Below the pieces are notes generated by a model. The model was not told the origin of the DNA. It did not search any database and worked only from the letters and a program-made list of their open reading frames with translations. From positions 62,001-126,000 of the forward strand of contig JAPDFW010000091.1 of the NCBI GenBank assembly GCA_028826165.1: a DNA stretch of 64,000 nt. The letters run 5' to 3'. The position numbers and the translations under genes are program-made. This stretch comes from Anaeramoeba ignava BMAN. Its lineage: Eukaryota > Protista > Anaeramoebae. This document shows positions 36,101 through 49,754 of this stretch, one piece after another. Within the stretch, counting starts at the first letter, position 1, and every line of letters begins with the position of its first letter.

Positions 36101-38265
36101 ACTCCTCTATTAAACAAAATTTTATTTATTTAAGAAAATTATTTGAATATTTTTAACTTTTTTGGAAATTAATTTCTGTTTGAAAATTACTTTCCATGTT
36201 TACGATCAGATCTCCAATATCCAATATATTGATCACCTTCTCTTCCATAAAAATAAATTCCAAATCTAATTTAAAAATTAAATATTATTTAAATCAAATA
36301 TTATTAATTAAATTAAATATTATTAATTAATTCAAATATTATTTAAATCAAATATTATTTAATAAAAATATTATTTAAATCAAATATTATTATTATTTAA
36401 ATTAAATATTATTTAAATCAAATTAAATATTATTTAAATCAAATCAAATATTATTATTTAATTCAAATATTATTATTTAAATCAAATATTATTCAAATTA
36501 AATATTACCCTTCTCTTTTCTCATTTCTCCATTGTCCTTCATAAATATCGTTTGTATTAAAATGAAATCTTCCATATCCCTTTTCATTTAATAAATTATT
36601 TTTAATTTAATAAACTAAGGTTTTAAATCTTAATTGAGTATATTTATTTTTTTTTACTTCTTTTGTTCCAAAAACCCATTCTCCAATATATTCAGAATTG
36701 CTAGCAAATCGATAAAAACCAATTCCATGTTTATGATCTTCAAACCACCAACCTTCATATTTATCACTTTTTTAATAAAATATTTTATTTCATTTTAATT
36801 TGTTGTTTAATTTCTTTTATTCCAAAATTTCAAATTATTTTGATTTTGAAAAAACCTACCCATTATTATATTGATAAATTCCAAATCTAAAATGGAATAT
36901 TAAACAAAAGTAAATAAACAAAAATTAAAATGGATTTTGAATTTGAATTTGATTTTGATTTTGATTTTGATTTTGATTTTGATTTTGATTTTGATTTTGA
37001 TTTTGGAATTGATTTTGGAATTGATTTTGAAATTGAAATTGATTTTGATTTTGAAATTGAAATTGATTTTGATTTTGATTTTGAAATTGAAATTGAAATT
37101 GATTTTGAAATTGATTTTGAAATTGAAATTGAAATTGATTTTGAAATTGATTTTGAAATTGATTTTGAAATTGATTTTGAAATTGATTTTGAAATTGATT
37201 TTGATTTTGATTTTGAAATTGAAATTGAAATTGATTTTGATTTTGAAATTGAAATAGATTTTGAAATTGATTTTGAAATTGAAATAGATTTTGAAATTGA
37301 TTTTGAAATTGAAATTGAAATTGATTTGGATTTTCATTTTGATATTGATTTTTAATTTTGATATTGATTTTTAAATTGATTTTTAAATTGATTTTGATTT
37401 TGAAATTGATTTTTAAATTGATTTTGAAATTGAAATTGAAATTGATTTTGAAATTGATTTTGATTTTGAAATTGAAATTTAAATTGAAATTGATTTTGAT
37501 TTTGAAATTGATTTTGAAATTGATTTTTAAATTGAAATTGATTTTTAAATTGATTTTTAAATTGAAATTGATTTTGGTTTTGAAATTGAAATTGATTTTG
37601 TTGTTTTAAACTCTTTTTGTTTTTTTTTTGGCATAATAAAAATGATAAATATACCCAGTTCGTTTATCATCTTTCCAATCACCTTCATAAACATCACCAC
37701 TTGGAAATTTAAAAGTACCTTTTAATTAATTAATTAATTAATTTTAAAATTTTAATTTTTGAATAATTTTAAAATAATTTAAATTTTTGAATCATTTAAA
37801 TTTTTGATAAAAAAACCTTTTCCTGTTTTTCTTCCATCAACCCATTCACCTTCATAAATACCCCCAGAAGTAAATTTATAAACTCCAAACCCATGTTTCT
37901 TATCAAATCTCCATTGACCTTCATATCTAAAATGGAGATGATTTAATTCCAATTCAAAAACAAATTATTTATTTATTTACTGAATTAACCACAATTTCAT
38001 TTACAAACTAAATTAAAAAATATTAAATTAATCCATTACACTTCTCCAGTAATATATTTATAAACGCCATATCTATTTTTATTGAATTATTTATTTGATG
38101 GTTTTTTTTAAAAGTGAGAAAAAATTTCATTTCGTTTTTTTTTTGCTTAGAAAATTCTTTTCAAAAAAATTACCCATGTCTCATCATTCCTTTAAATTCT
38201 CCTTCATAAATTGATCCATCATCATATTTATAAGGAGATGTTAAAGTTTTCTCTGTTGAAGCCAT
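33113..38265 (-). CDS. MORN-repeat + SAM + U-box E3 ligase, 13 exons
   Basis: Twelve short GT-AG exons encode about 12 MORN repeats (YEGEFK..HG, YEGDWKDDKRTG and similar) and all join in frame. The last exon (34484-33113) has SAM (SSWNQENSIMFLKLIGL..ISGKDL..LGITSLGLRIKI) and U-box ([30 protein letters not shown]). Confidence 0.9.
34495..35595. repeat. (TTTGAATATTTGA)-type minisatellite in a MORN-gene intron
   Basis: Visible tandem units of about 13 bp. Confidence 0.85.
36930..37600. repeat. (GATTTT/GAAATT)n microsatellite in a MORN-gene intron
   Basis: Visible tandem hexamers; source of the spurious DFEI/LKLI ORFs. Confidence 0.9.
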
Positions 38266-38524
38266 ATAAAAAAAATAAAATCAAATTTTTTAAATAAAAT
38301 AAATTCTTTGAAATGAAAAAAAAAAAATGAAAAGATTTTTTAAGGAAAAATTTTTTTTTAAATTAAAAGAATAATTTGGAAAAAGTTAAAAAAAGAAATA
38401 AATAAAATAATTTCTTCTTCTTTTTAAATTTGATTTAGTTTTCTTTTACAAAAAAAAAAGAAAAAAGAAGAATCCATTTTTTTTTTCATCAAATTTCCAT
38501 TTTTAAATTAAAATAATTTTGATT

Positions 38525-41500
38525 TTAAAAACAACAACAACAGCAACCACAACATTTTTTTTTCTTTTTTTCTAATAATGTTGAATCTTCTAATATTAGT
38601 TTATTAGATAGAGATTCATCAAAATAACTTTCTATTTCTGGATCAAGAATGTCATATCTTTATATTTTTTGAAATTAATTTGGAATTAATATTTTTGAAT
38701 ATTTTTTGGATTAATATTTTTTGGAATTAATTTTTTTAGATTAATATTTTTGGAATTAATTTGGAATTAATATTTTTAAAATTAATTTGGAATTAATATT
38801 TTTGAATTAATATTTTTGGATTAATATTTTTGGAATTAATATTTTTTGGAATTAATTTGGAATTAATATTTTTTAGAATTAATTTGGAATTAATATTTTT
38901 TAAATTAATATTTTTTGGATTATATTTTTGGAATTAATTTGGAATTAATATTTTTTGGAATTAATATTTTTAGAATTAATATTTTTTGGAATTAATTTGG
39001 AATTAATATTTTTAAAATTTATATTTTTTGAATTAATATTTTTTAGAATTAATATTTTTGGAATTAATATTTTTGGAATTGAATATTTTTTGAATTTATA
39101 TTTTTTGGATTATATTTTTGGAATTAATATTTTTAGAATTAATTTGGAATTAATATTTTTTGAATTAATATTTTTTGAATTAATATTTTTTTGAATTAAT
39201 ATTTTTTAGAATTAATTTGGAATTAATATTTTTGAATTAATATTTTTTGGATAATATTTTTTGGAATTAATTTGGAATTAATATTTTTTAAATTAATATT
39301 TTGAATTAATATTTTTGGAATTAATTTGGAATTAATATTTTTGGAATTAATATTTTTTGAAATTAATATTTTTTGAATTAATATTTTTTTGAATTAATAT
39401 TTTTAGGAATTAATATTTTTGAATTAATATTTTTTAAATTAATATTTTTAGATTAATATTTTTGGAATTAATATTTTTGAATTAATATTTTTGAAATTGA
39501 ATATTTTAGATTAATATTTTTGATTAATATTTTTTTTGAATATTTTTGAATTAATATTTTTTTTAGGAATTAATATTTTTTGAATATTTTTTACCCTCTT
39601 ATTTGATGATCTATAATATAATTTAAAATATTTTCAATTCCTTCATTAGTTTTAGCACTTGTTTCAAAATATACAAGATGATAACCGGTAACTATTTTCT
39701 AGATTTTTTTTTCCAATTTTAAATTTAAATTTTAATTTGAATTTTTAATTAATTTTTTTTCCGATTTTGAATTTCCAAATGAAATACATTAGCTCGATCT
39801 TTATTAATCTTACGTTGACTTTCTAAATCTTTTTTATTACCTGCAACTACAATTACTATATCTTGATCTTTGGGTATAATTTTAATCCAATCCTCAATAT
39901 ATGTAAAAGTTTTTTTATTGGTTATATCACAAACAATAATACATCCATGAGCAGAATGAAAATATGATGTTTCTATAGGTAATAAATATCTTTTTGCTAA
40001 ATTAAAAATTTTTAATATTATTTAATAATCTACAAAATATAAAAAATTTGGAAAAAAAACCTGTATCACTCTAATATTTTTTTTATTAAGAACAAAGTAA
40101 TTTTATAAGTAAATTTATAAATAATTTTATAAATAATTTTATAAATAATTTTATAAATAATTTTATAAGTAATTTTATATTTAATTTTATAAATAATTTT
40201 ATAAATAATTTTATAAGTAATTTTATATTTAATTTTATAAATAATTTTATAAATAATTTTATAAATAATTTTATAAATAATTTTATAAATAATTTTATAA
40301 ATAAATTTATAAATAATTTTATAAATAATTTTATAAAATAATTTTATAAATAATTTTATAAATAATTTTTTAATTTTATAAGTAATTTTGTAAATAAATT
40401 TATAAGTAAATTTGTGAAGTAATTTTATAAATAATTTAATAAATAATTTTATAAATAATTTTATAAGTAATTTTATAAGTAATTTTTATAAATAATTTAT
40501 AATTAATTATATATTTAATTTAATATATAATTTTGTAAATAATATTATAAATAATTTTATAAATAATTTTATAAATAATTTTATAAATAATTTTATAAAT
40601 AATTTTATAAATAATTTTATATTTAATTTTTATAAATAATTTTATAAATAATTTTATAAATAATTTTATAAATAATTTTATAAGTAATTTTATAAATAAT
40701 TTTATATTTAATTTTATAAATAATTTTATAAATAATTTTATAAATAATTTTTATAAATAATTTTATAATTAATTTTATAAATAATTTTTATAATTAATTT
40801 TATAATTAATTTTATAATTAATTTTATAAATAATTTTATAAATAATTTTTATAAATAATTTTATATTTAATTTTATAAAATAATTTTATAAATAATTTTA
40901 TAAATAATTTTATAAATAATTTTATAAAATAATTTTTATATTTAATTTTATAAGTAATTTTATAAGTAAATTTATAAATAATTTTATAAATAATTTTATA
41001 ATTAATTTTATAAATAATTTAATAAATAATTTTATAAATAAATTTATAAATAAATTTATAAATATAATTTTATAAATAATTTTATAAATAATTTTATAAA
41101 TAATAATTTTATATTTAATTTTATAATTAATTTTATAATTAATTTTATAATTAATTTAATAAATAATTTTATAATTAATTTTATAAATAATTTTTATATT
41201 TAATTTTATAATTAATTTTATATTTAATTTTATAAATAATTTTATAAATAATTTTTATAAATAATTTTATAAATAATTTTATAAATAATTTTAATAATTA
41301 ATTTTATAAATAATTTTATAAATAATTTTATAAATAATTTTATAAATAATTTTATAAATAATTTAATAAATAATTTTATAAATAATTTTATAAAATAATT
41401 TTATAAATAATTTTATAAATAATTTTATATTTAATTTTGTATTTAATTTTATAAATAATTTTATAAATAATTTTATAATAAATTTTATAATAAATTTTAT

Positions 41501-44500
41501 AAATAAATTTTATAAATAATTTTTATAAATAATTTTTATTAATAATTTTATATTTAATTTTTATATATAATTTTTATAATTAATTTTATAATTAATTTTT
41601 ATAAGTAAATTTATAAGTAAATTTATAAGTAATTTTATAAATAATTTTATAAATAATTTTTATAAATAAATTTATAAATAAAATATATAAATAATTTTAT
41701 AAATAATTTTATAAATAATTTTATATTTAATTTTATAAATAATTTTTTAAATAATTTTATAAATAATTTTATAAATAATTTTATAAAATAATTTTATAAA
41801 TAATTTAATAAGTAATTTTATAAATAATTTAATAAATAATTTTATAAATAATTTTATATTTAATTTTATAAATAATTTTATAATAAATTTTATAAATAAA
41901 TTTTATAAATAATTTTTATAAGTAATTTTATTAATAATTTTATTAATAATTTTATATTTAATTTTATATATAATTTATAAGTAATTTTATAAATAATTTT
42001 ATAAATAATTTTATATTTAATTTTATAAATAATTTTATATTTAATTTTATAAATAATTTATAATTAATTTAATAAATAATTTTATAAATAATTTTATAAA
42101 TAATTTTATAAATAATTTTATAAATAATTTTATAAATAATTTTATAAATAATTTTATAAATAATTTTATATTTAATTTTATAAATAATTTTATAAATAAT
42201 TTTATATTTAATTTTATAAATAATTTTATAAATAATTTTATAATAAATTTTATAATAAATTTTTATAAATAATTTTATAAATAATTTTTATAAATAATTT
42301 TATAAATAATTTAATAATTAATTTTATAATTAATTTTATAAATAATTTTATAAATAATTTTATAAAGTAAATTTATAAATAATTTTATAAATAATTTAAT
42401 AGATAATTTTATAAATAATTTTATAAATAATTTTTATAAATAATTTAATAGATAATTTTATAAATAATTTTATAAATAATTTTATAAATAATTTTATAAA
42501 TAATTTTATAAATAATTTTATAAATAATTTTATAAATAATTTTATAAATAAATTTATAAATAATTTTATAAGTAAATTTATAAATAATTTTATAAATAAT
42601 TTTATATTTAATTTTATAATTAATTTTATAAAATAATTTTATAAATAATTTTATAAGTAATTTTATATTTAATTTTATAAATAATTTTATAAATAATTTT
42701 ATAAATAATTTTATATTTAATTTTATAAATAATTTTATAAATAATTTTATAAATAATTTTATAAATAATTTTTTATATATAATTTTATATATAATTTTAT
42801 ATTTAATTTTATAAATAATTTTATAAGTAATTTTATAAATAATTTTATTAATAATTTTATAAGTAATTTTAATTTTGTAAATAATTTTATAAGTAATTTT
42901 ATAAAATAATTTTGTAAATAATTTTATAAGTAATTTTATAAATAATTTTATAAATAATTTTATAAATAATTTTATAAATAATTTTATAAATAATTTTATA
43001 TTTAATTTTATAAATAATTTTATAATTAATTTTATAAAGTAATTTTATAAATAATTTTATAATTAATTTTATAAATAATTTTATATTTAATTTTATAAAT
43101 AATTTTATAAATAATTTTATAAGTAATTTTATAAATAATTTTATAAATAATTTAATAAATAATTTTATAAGTAATTTTATAAATAATTTTATAAGTAATT
43201 TTATAAGTAATTTTATAAATAATTTTATAAATAATTTTATAAATAATTTTATAAATAATTTTATAAATAATTTTTATAAATAATTTTATAAGTAATTTTA
43301 TAAATAATTTATAATTAATTATATATTTAATTTAATATATAATTTTTGTAAATAATATTATAAATAATTTTATAAATAATTTTATAAATAATTTAATAAT
43401 TAATTTTATAAATAATTTTATAAATAATTTTATAAATAATTTTATAAATAATTTAATAAATAATTTTATAAATAATTTTATAAATAATTTTATAAATAAT
43501 TTTATAAATAATTTTATATTTAATTTTGTAAATAATTTTATATATAATTTTATATATAATTTTATATTTAATTTTATAAATAATTTTATAAGTAATTTTA
43601 TAAATAATTTTATTAATAATTTTATAAGTAATTTTATATTTAATTTTATAAGTAATTTTATAAATAATTTTATATTTAATTTTATAATTAATTTTATAAA
43701 TAATTTTTATAAGTAATTTTATAATTAATTTTATAAATAATTTTATAAATAATTTTATAAGTAAATTTATAAGTAAATTTTATAAGTAAATTTATAAATA
43801 ATTTTATAAATAATTTTATAATTAATTTTATAAATAATTTTATAAATAATTTTATAAATAATTTTATAAATAATTTAATAAATAATTTTATAAATAATTT
43901 TATAAATAATTTTATAAATAATTTAATAAATAATTTTATAAATAATTTTATAAATAATTTTATAAATAATTTTATAAATAATTTTATAAATAATTTTTAT
44001 AAATAATTTTATAAATAATTTTATATTTAATTTTATAAATAATTTTATAAATAATTTTATAAATAATTTTATAATTAATTTTATAATAAATTTTATAAAT
44101 AAATTTTATAAATAATTTTATAAGTAATTTTATTAATAATTTTATATTTAATTTTTATATAATTTTATAAATAATTTTATAAATAATTTTATATTTAATT
44201 TTATAAATAATTTTATATTTAATTTTATAATTAATTTTATAAATAATTTTATAAATAATTTTTAAATAATTTTTAAATAATTTTATAAATAATTTTATAA
44301 ATAATTTTATAAATAATTTTGAAATAAATGAAAAAGGGAATGATAAAGGAATTATTTAAAAAACAATTTACAAAATAAATTCCAATATCTTTATTTTGTT
44401 TTTTTCTAGTTGTTTTATGGTAATCAATTCCAGTTGTTGTTTTTGTTTCTTCTTTAAATTCTTCATTTATTGCTCTTTGAATTATAGATGTTTTCCCAAC

Positions 44501-44551
44501 TTTTGGATCACCTAAAACAACAATTTTTATTAAAAAATCTTGAAATTCCAT
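38525..44551 (-). CDS. Divergent Rab-family GTPase, 5 exons, with a 10-nt microexon (40061-40070) and a 4.3-kb satellite intron
   Basis: GDPKVGKTS (G1), TTGIDY (G2), FSDTAKRY (degenerate G3), VAGNKKDL (G4), YFETSAKT (G5). C-terminus is KKKKKCCGCCCCCF*. All junctions are GT-AG and in frame. Confidence 0.88.
38665..39590. repeat. (TTGGAATTAATATTTT)-type minisatellite in the last Rab intron
   Basis: Visible tandem 10-16 bp units. Confidence 0.85.
40095..44320. repeat. 4.2-kb (ATAAATAATTTT)n 12-bp minisatellite forming Rab intron 1
   Basis: Same unit as the CYRI intron repeat; bounded by the donor at 44371 and the acceptor at 40071. Confidence 0.92.
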
Positions 44552-44559
44552 CTTAAAAA

Positions 44560-44668
44560 AAAAGGAAAAAATGAAAAAAAAAAAGAGGAAAAATAAAAAA
44601 AATAATTTTTCTTCTTTTTAATTTAAATTTTTTTTTTCTTAATTTTTTTTTTCATTTTTTTTCTTTTC
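44560..44668. promoter_or_regulatory. Compact bidirectional promoter (Rab / GPR107-like) with an initiator-like motif on each strand
   Basis: Minus strand TTCATTTTTTCCTTTT at about 44560-44576 and plus strand TTCATTTTTTTTCTTTTC at 44651-44668. The ATGs are 137 bp apart. Confidence 0.55.
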
Positions 44669-44688
44669 TCATTTTTTTAATTTTGAAA

Positions 44689-47600
44689 ATGAACTTTTTT
44701 TACTTATTAATCATTTTCAGTTTTATTTTTCCTTTCATTTCTGCAATGATTGAAGATTATTCTTTTAAATCTGATGGAGACGTAATTCAATTTGATATGT
44801 TTGGATTTAAAAAAGAAGGAACAATAGAAATGAAAATCTCAATCGATGTACCATTTACCATTTCAAAATTAATTTTATTATTAAAAATAATTCATTCCAA
44901 AAAGAAAAATTCATTTACAAATTAAAATCAAAATTAAAAATTAAAATTAAAATTAAAATTAAAATTAAAATTAAAATTAAAATTAAAATTAAAATTAAAA
45001 TTAAAATTAAAATTAAAATTAAAATTAAAATTAAAATTAAAATTAAAATTAAAATTAAAATTAAAATTAAAATTAAAATTAAAATTAAAATTAAAATTAA
45101 AATTAAAATTAAAATTAAAATTTAAAATCAAAAATTAAAATTAAAATTATAATTAAAATTTAAAATTAAAATTAAAATTAAAATTAAAATCAAAAATTAA
45201 AATTATAATTAAAATTAAAATTAAAATTAAAATTATAATTATAATTAAAATTATAATTAAAATTAAAATTATAATTAAAATTATAATTAAAATTAAAATT
45301 AAAAATTAAAATTAAAATTAAAATTCATTTATAAAATTAAAATTGAAATTAAAATCAAAATTAAAATTAAAATTAAATTAAAATTAAAATTAAAATTATA
45401 ATTAAAATTATAATTCAAATTAAAATTAAATTTTAAATCAAAAATTAAAATTATAATTATTATTATTAAAATCAAAATTAAAATTAAAATTAAAATTAAA
45501 ATTAAAATTAAAAATTAAAATTAAAATTAAAAATTCAAATTAAAATTATAATTATTATTATTAAAATTAAAATTAAAATCAAAATTAAAATTTAAATTAA
45601 AATTAAAATTAAAATTAAAATTAAAATTAAAATTAAAATTAAAATCAAAATTAAAATTAAAATTAAAATTAAAATTAAAATTAAAATTAAAATTAAAATT
45701 AAAATTAAAATTATAATTAAAATTAATATTAAAATTATAATTCAAATTAAAATTAAAATTCAAATTATAATTCAAATTAAAATTAAAATTAAAATTAAAA
45801 TTATAATTAAAATTATAATTCAAATTAAAATCAAAATTAAAATTAAAATTAAAATTAAAATTATAATTAAAATTTAAATTTAAAAACATTTTTCTATTTA
45901 TTTTATATAGCCATATATTAGTGACGTTTATTATGTTGTTTGTTCATATGATCAACTTGGTTCTGTATGTTTTACTAATTCCAAAAAATTTCACAAATAA
46001 TTTTTATTTATTCATTTAAAAAAATTTTATTTTAAACAGAGGAGAATTAATGCTGATAAGTTCTGTAATGGATTAAATGACGGTACACTTGGTTGCTTAA
46101 TTCAAGAACCGATAAATTGGTCTTATTCAGGAAATTATACTATTCCAAAAGAAGATTTTTACTTTTTTTTTGTGACAAGTTGTTATTCAAATTCTGAAAT
46201 TAATTACAAAGTAAATTAAAATTAAAATCAAAATCAAAATTAAAATTAAAATTAAAATTAAAATTAAAATTAAAATTAAAATTAAAATTAAAATTAAAAT
46301 TAAAATTAAAATTAAAATTAAAATTAAAATTAAAATTAAAATTAAAATTAAAATTAAAATTAAAATTAAAATTAAAATTAAAATTAAAATTAAAATTAAA
46401 ATTAAAATTAAAATTAAAATTTAAAATTAAAATTAAAATTAAAATTAAAATTAAAATTAAAATTAAAATTAAAATTAAAATTAAAACAAAGTTTGATTAT
46501 ACTTTGATGAATCCTGGTGGTGAATATTTAGGATTAGGTTATATTCCACTTCCAAATATGTACATTTCTTTCACAGTTATTCTATTTGTCTTATTTTTTG
46601 TTTGGTTAATAAATTGGATTACACATCGATCTCAAAAAATTAAGCTTCATAAATTTCTAACAATTACATTTATTGTGATAGTTGTTTATATGGCTTCCAT
46701 GGCAGGATATTGGAAATATCAATCTAAAAAAGGTAAAATTAAAATTAAAATTAAAATTAAAATTAAAATTAAAATTAAAATAAAAATTAAAATTAAAATT
46801 AAAATTAAAATTAAAATTAAAATTAATATCAAAAATTAAAATTAAAATTAAAATTAAAATATTTAAAAACAGGACTAAGACCTATTGGATTTATTGTTTA
46901 TATTGTAATTATCGATGTTTTATATCAATTCTTTTTCTTTGCATCGTTACTTTTAATTGCAAAAGGTTGGAGTATCTTAAACCAAAAACTTGAACCAAGA
47001 TCCAAAAGAGCTATTGTTGCTGTTTTAGTGTTTTTCATTCTTTTTGCTGAATTACTTGTTTTTACAAAGACACTTATATATTTCCTTTATTTCTTTGGTT
47101 GGTTAGTCACATATTTTATAATTCTTCGAATGGTCTTTAGTGCAACAGAACAAAACAAACTTACACTTAAATCTCATCTTATTATGATTAGAAATGCTAA
47201 TATTGATCCTGTTACAACACCAATTTTCCAAAAATATAAACTTTTTAAGCATTTTAAACGAGTTTTCCTTTCCTTTGTTATTCTTCAAATTATTGTACTT
47301 ATATTTATATTTATATTTATATTTATATTTATATTTATATTTTTATATTTATATTTATATTTATATTTATTTTAAATATTTATATTTATATTTATATTTT
47401 AAATATTTATATTTATATTTATATTTTTATTTATATTTATATTTATATTTTAAATATTTATATTTATATTTATATTTTAAATATTTATATTTATATTTAT
47501 ATTTTAAATATTTATATTTATATTTTATATATTTTTAAATATTTATATTTATATTTATATTTTAAATATTTTATATTTAAGTTCATATTTTAAATATTTA

Positions 47601-48854
47601 TATTTATATTTATATTTTTAAATATTTTATATTTAACAAATTATATTTATATATTTATATTTAATTTTATATTTTATATTTAATTATTTAATTTGAAAAT
47701 ATTTATTTTATTTATTCATTTTTAAAATTCAAATAATGCATATTTTTATTATAATTATATCCTTTTAAAATATTTATATTTTATATTTATATTTATATTT
47801 ATATTCAATTTATATTTATTTATATTTATATTTATATTTATTTATTTTTATTTTTTATATTTTATATTTTTATATATTTATATCAAAATGATTTATATTT
47901 AGTATTTATATTTTGTTTATATTTTATAAAATATTTATATTTATATGTTATTTTATTTTTCATTTTATATTTATATTTATATTTTAAATTAATTTAATGT
48001 TTGGAAAATTTTAATTTTTTTTTTTTATATTTTATTTATTTAGGAAATTAATTTATATTTTATATTTTATATTTTATTTTATTTGAAATTTTTGGATTTT
48101 ATAATTATTATAGAATTTATATTTTATATTTTTATATTTATATTTATATTTATATTTATATTTATATTTATATTCATATTTATATTTATATTTATATTTA
48201 TATTTATATTTATATTTATATTTATATTTATATTTATATTTATATTTATATTTATATTTATATTTATATTTAATTTTATTAGTGTTATGTTATTTCCTTT
48301 TTATTCCTTTATTTCTATCCTTGGATTACAATGCTTTTATTCGTAATTGTTGATTGTATTATGATGATTGGAGTTGGTTGGACTTTCCGATTAAGAAGTT
48401 TCCATCCACTTTTTGAAGAACCACCAGCAATGAATCAACAAGTTGCTGCACCACCTTTAACAAATTCTGTATTAATTATTAATTTAAATTTTAAATTTGA
48501 ATTATTTAATTTGAAAAAATATTTTTATTTATTTACATTTTTAAAAGCAAATAATGCAAGAAGAATTAACTGGTCAACAATTAACTCCTTGGCAAAATGG
48601 AATGGCTTTGGTTCGTTAATCACTTATTATTTTAAATTCAAATCCTAAATTTATTTTAATTTATTAATTCAAATTTATTTATTTATTTTTATTTTTTTAT
48701 TTTTTAGCCAAGAAATACTTATAATCAAAATCAAAATCAAAATGATTATGAACTTAGTCCTGTTGTTGTTGTTCAAAATCCTTCAGAAAATAATCAAAGT
48801 AAAGATGTTGGTCTTGCTTTTCAAATGCCTCCACCAAAAGATAATCAAAATTAA
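44689..48854 (+). CDS. GPR107/GPR108/TMEM87-like (GOST / lung seven-TM family) protein, multi-exon
   Basis: Signal peptide, FDMFGFKKEGTIEM, MNPGGEYLGLGYIPLPNMY, KIKLHKFL, LLLIAKGWSI, KYKLFKHF and GVGWTFRLR. Introns are filled with AAAATT/ATATTT repeats. Confidence 0.85.
44925..48270. repeat. Intronic (AAAATT)n tracts (44925-45885, 46215-46485, 46735-46860) and an (ATATTT)n tract (47300-48270)
   Basis: Visible tandem hexamers between GT and AG sites of the 7TM gene. Confidence 0.88.
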
Positions 48855-49063
48855 TTTGAATGTTTGGAAAATTTTTTGAATTTTTTTTGAATTTTTGAAT
48901 TATTTTTTTTTTTAAGGAAAATTAATTTGAGGAAATTTTGAAAGAATTTAAGAATTGAAATTTTTTTTTTTTGGAATCTTTTTAATGAATAAACGGAAAA
49001 GAATTTTTAATTTTAATTTTTCAATTTTAATTTTAAATTTTCATTTTTCATTTTTCATTTAAA

Positions 49064-49675
49064 ATGACTAAAAAAATAATTAGAATAATAAACATAATAA
49101 TTATCATAACATTAGTTGCAAGTGAAGAAACAAAAGAAGAAAAAGTAGCAATAACATGTGGGTCAATAATCAAGCTCTCTAATGAAAAAACAGGGCATCG
49201 ACTTCACAGCCACAGTGTAACCTATGGAACAGGGAGTCGACAGCAGTCAGTAACAGGATTTCCAGAAGGAAATGATGTGAACTCATTTTGGATAGTCCGG
49301 GGAGCAACAGGAACAGAATGCAAACAAGGAGAAGCAATTAACGATGGAGACATAATAACGTTAGAACATTTAGTCACTCGAAAAAGACTTCATTCGCATC
49401 CGCATAAATCTCCATTGTCAAATCAACAGGAAGTTAGTGCTTATGATGGTAAAGACGTTAGAGATAATTGGATCGTTATTACTCAAGGTCAATGGATTAG
49501 AGATAATGTCGTTGTTCTTAAACATCTTGATTCAAACCAATTTCTTCATAATCATCTTAAGGAATATGGTCGTCCTATCCCTCATCAAACTGAAATCTCT
49601 TGTGTTTCTTCTTCAAAGGGAAAAGAGGTCAAATGGAGAGTTGTTGAAGGCATCTTTTTCCCCCAAATTCATTAG
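49064..49675 (+). CDS. SDF2: Stromal cell-derived factor 2-like ER protein (three MIR domains)
   Basis: ITCGSIIKL..TGHRLHSHSVTYGTGSRQQSVTG, RLHSHPHKSPLSNQQEVSAY, YGRPIPHQTEI and WRVVEGIFF. Confidence 0.95.
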   Translation: MTKKIIRIINIIIIITLVASEETKEEKVAITCGSIIKLSNEKTGHRLHSHSVTYGTGSRQQSVTGFPEGNDVNSFWIVRGATGTECKQGEAINDGDIITLEHLVTRKRLHSHPHKSPLSNQQEVSAYDGKDVRDNWIVITQGQWIRDNVVVLKHLDSNQFLHNHLKEYGRPIPHQTEISCVSSSKGKEVKWRVVEGIFFPQIH

Positions 49676-49754
49676 TTTTTTCTTTTGAAAAAGAATTTAA
49701 ATCATTTTTTTAAAAAAAGAATTTAAAATAATACATTAAATAAAATGGAATGAA

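Noticed and set aside
36900-37609. ORF-track proteins made of DF/EI/IL/NF/KI dipeptides (also 125-485, 26334, 38955, 44934, 45527, 47194, 48083, 61035)
   Set aside because: Translations of stop-free hexamer microsatellites in introns or spacers.
37930-37990. GATGATT...CTGA in a MORN intron as a box C/D snoRNA
   Set aside because: Imperfect C box, antisense to the host transcript, no terminal stem and no obvious rRNA guide.
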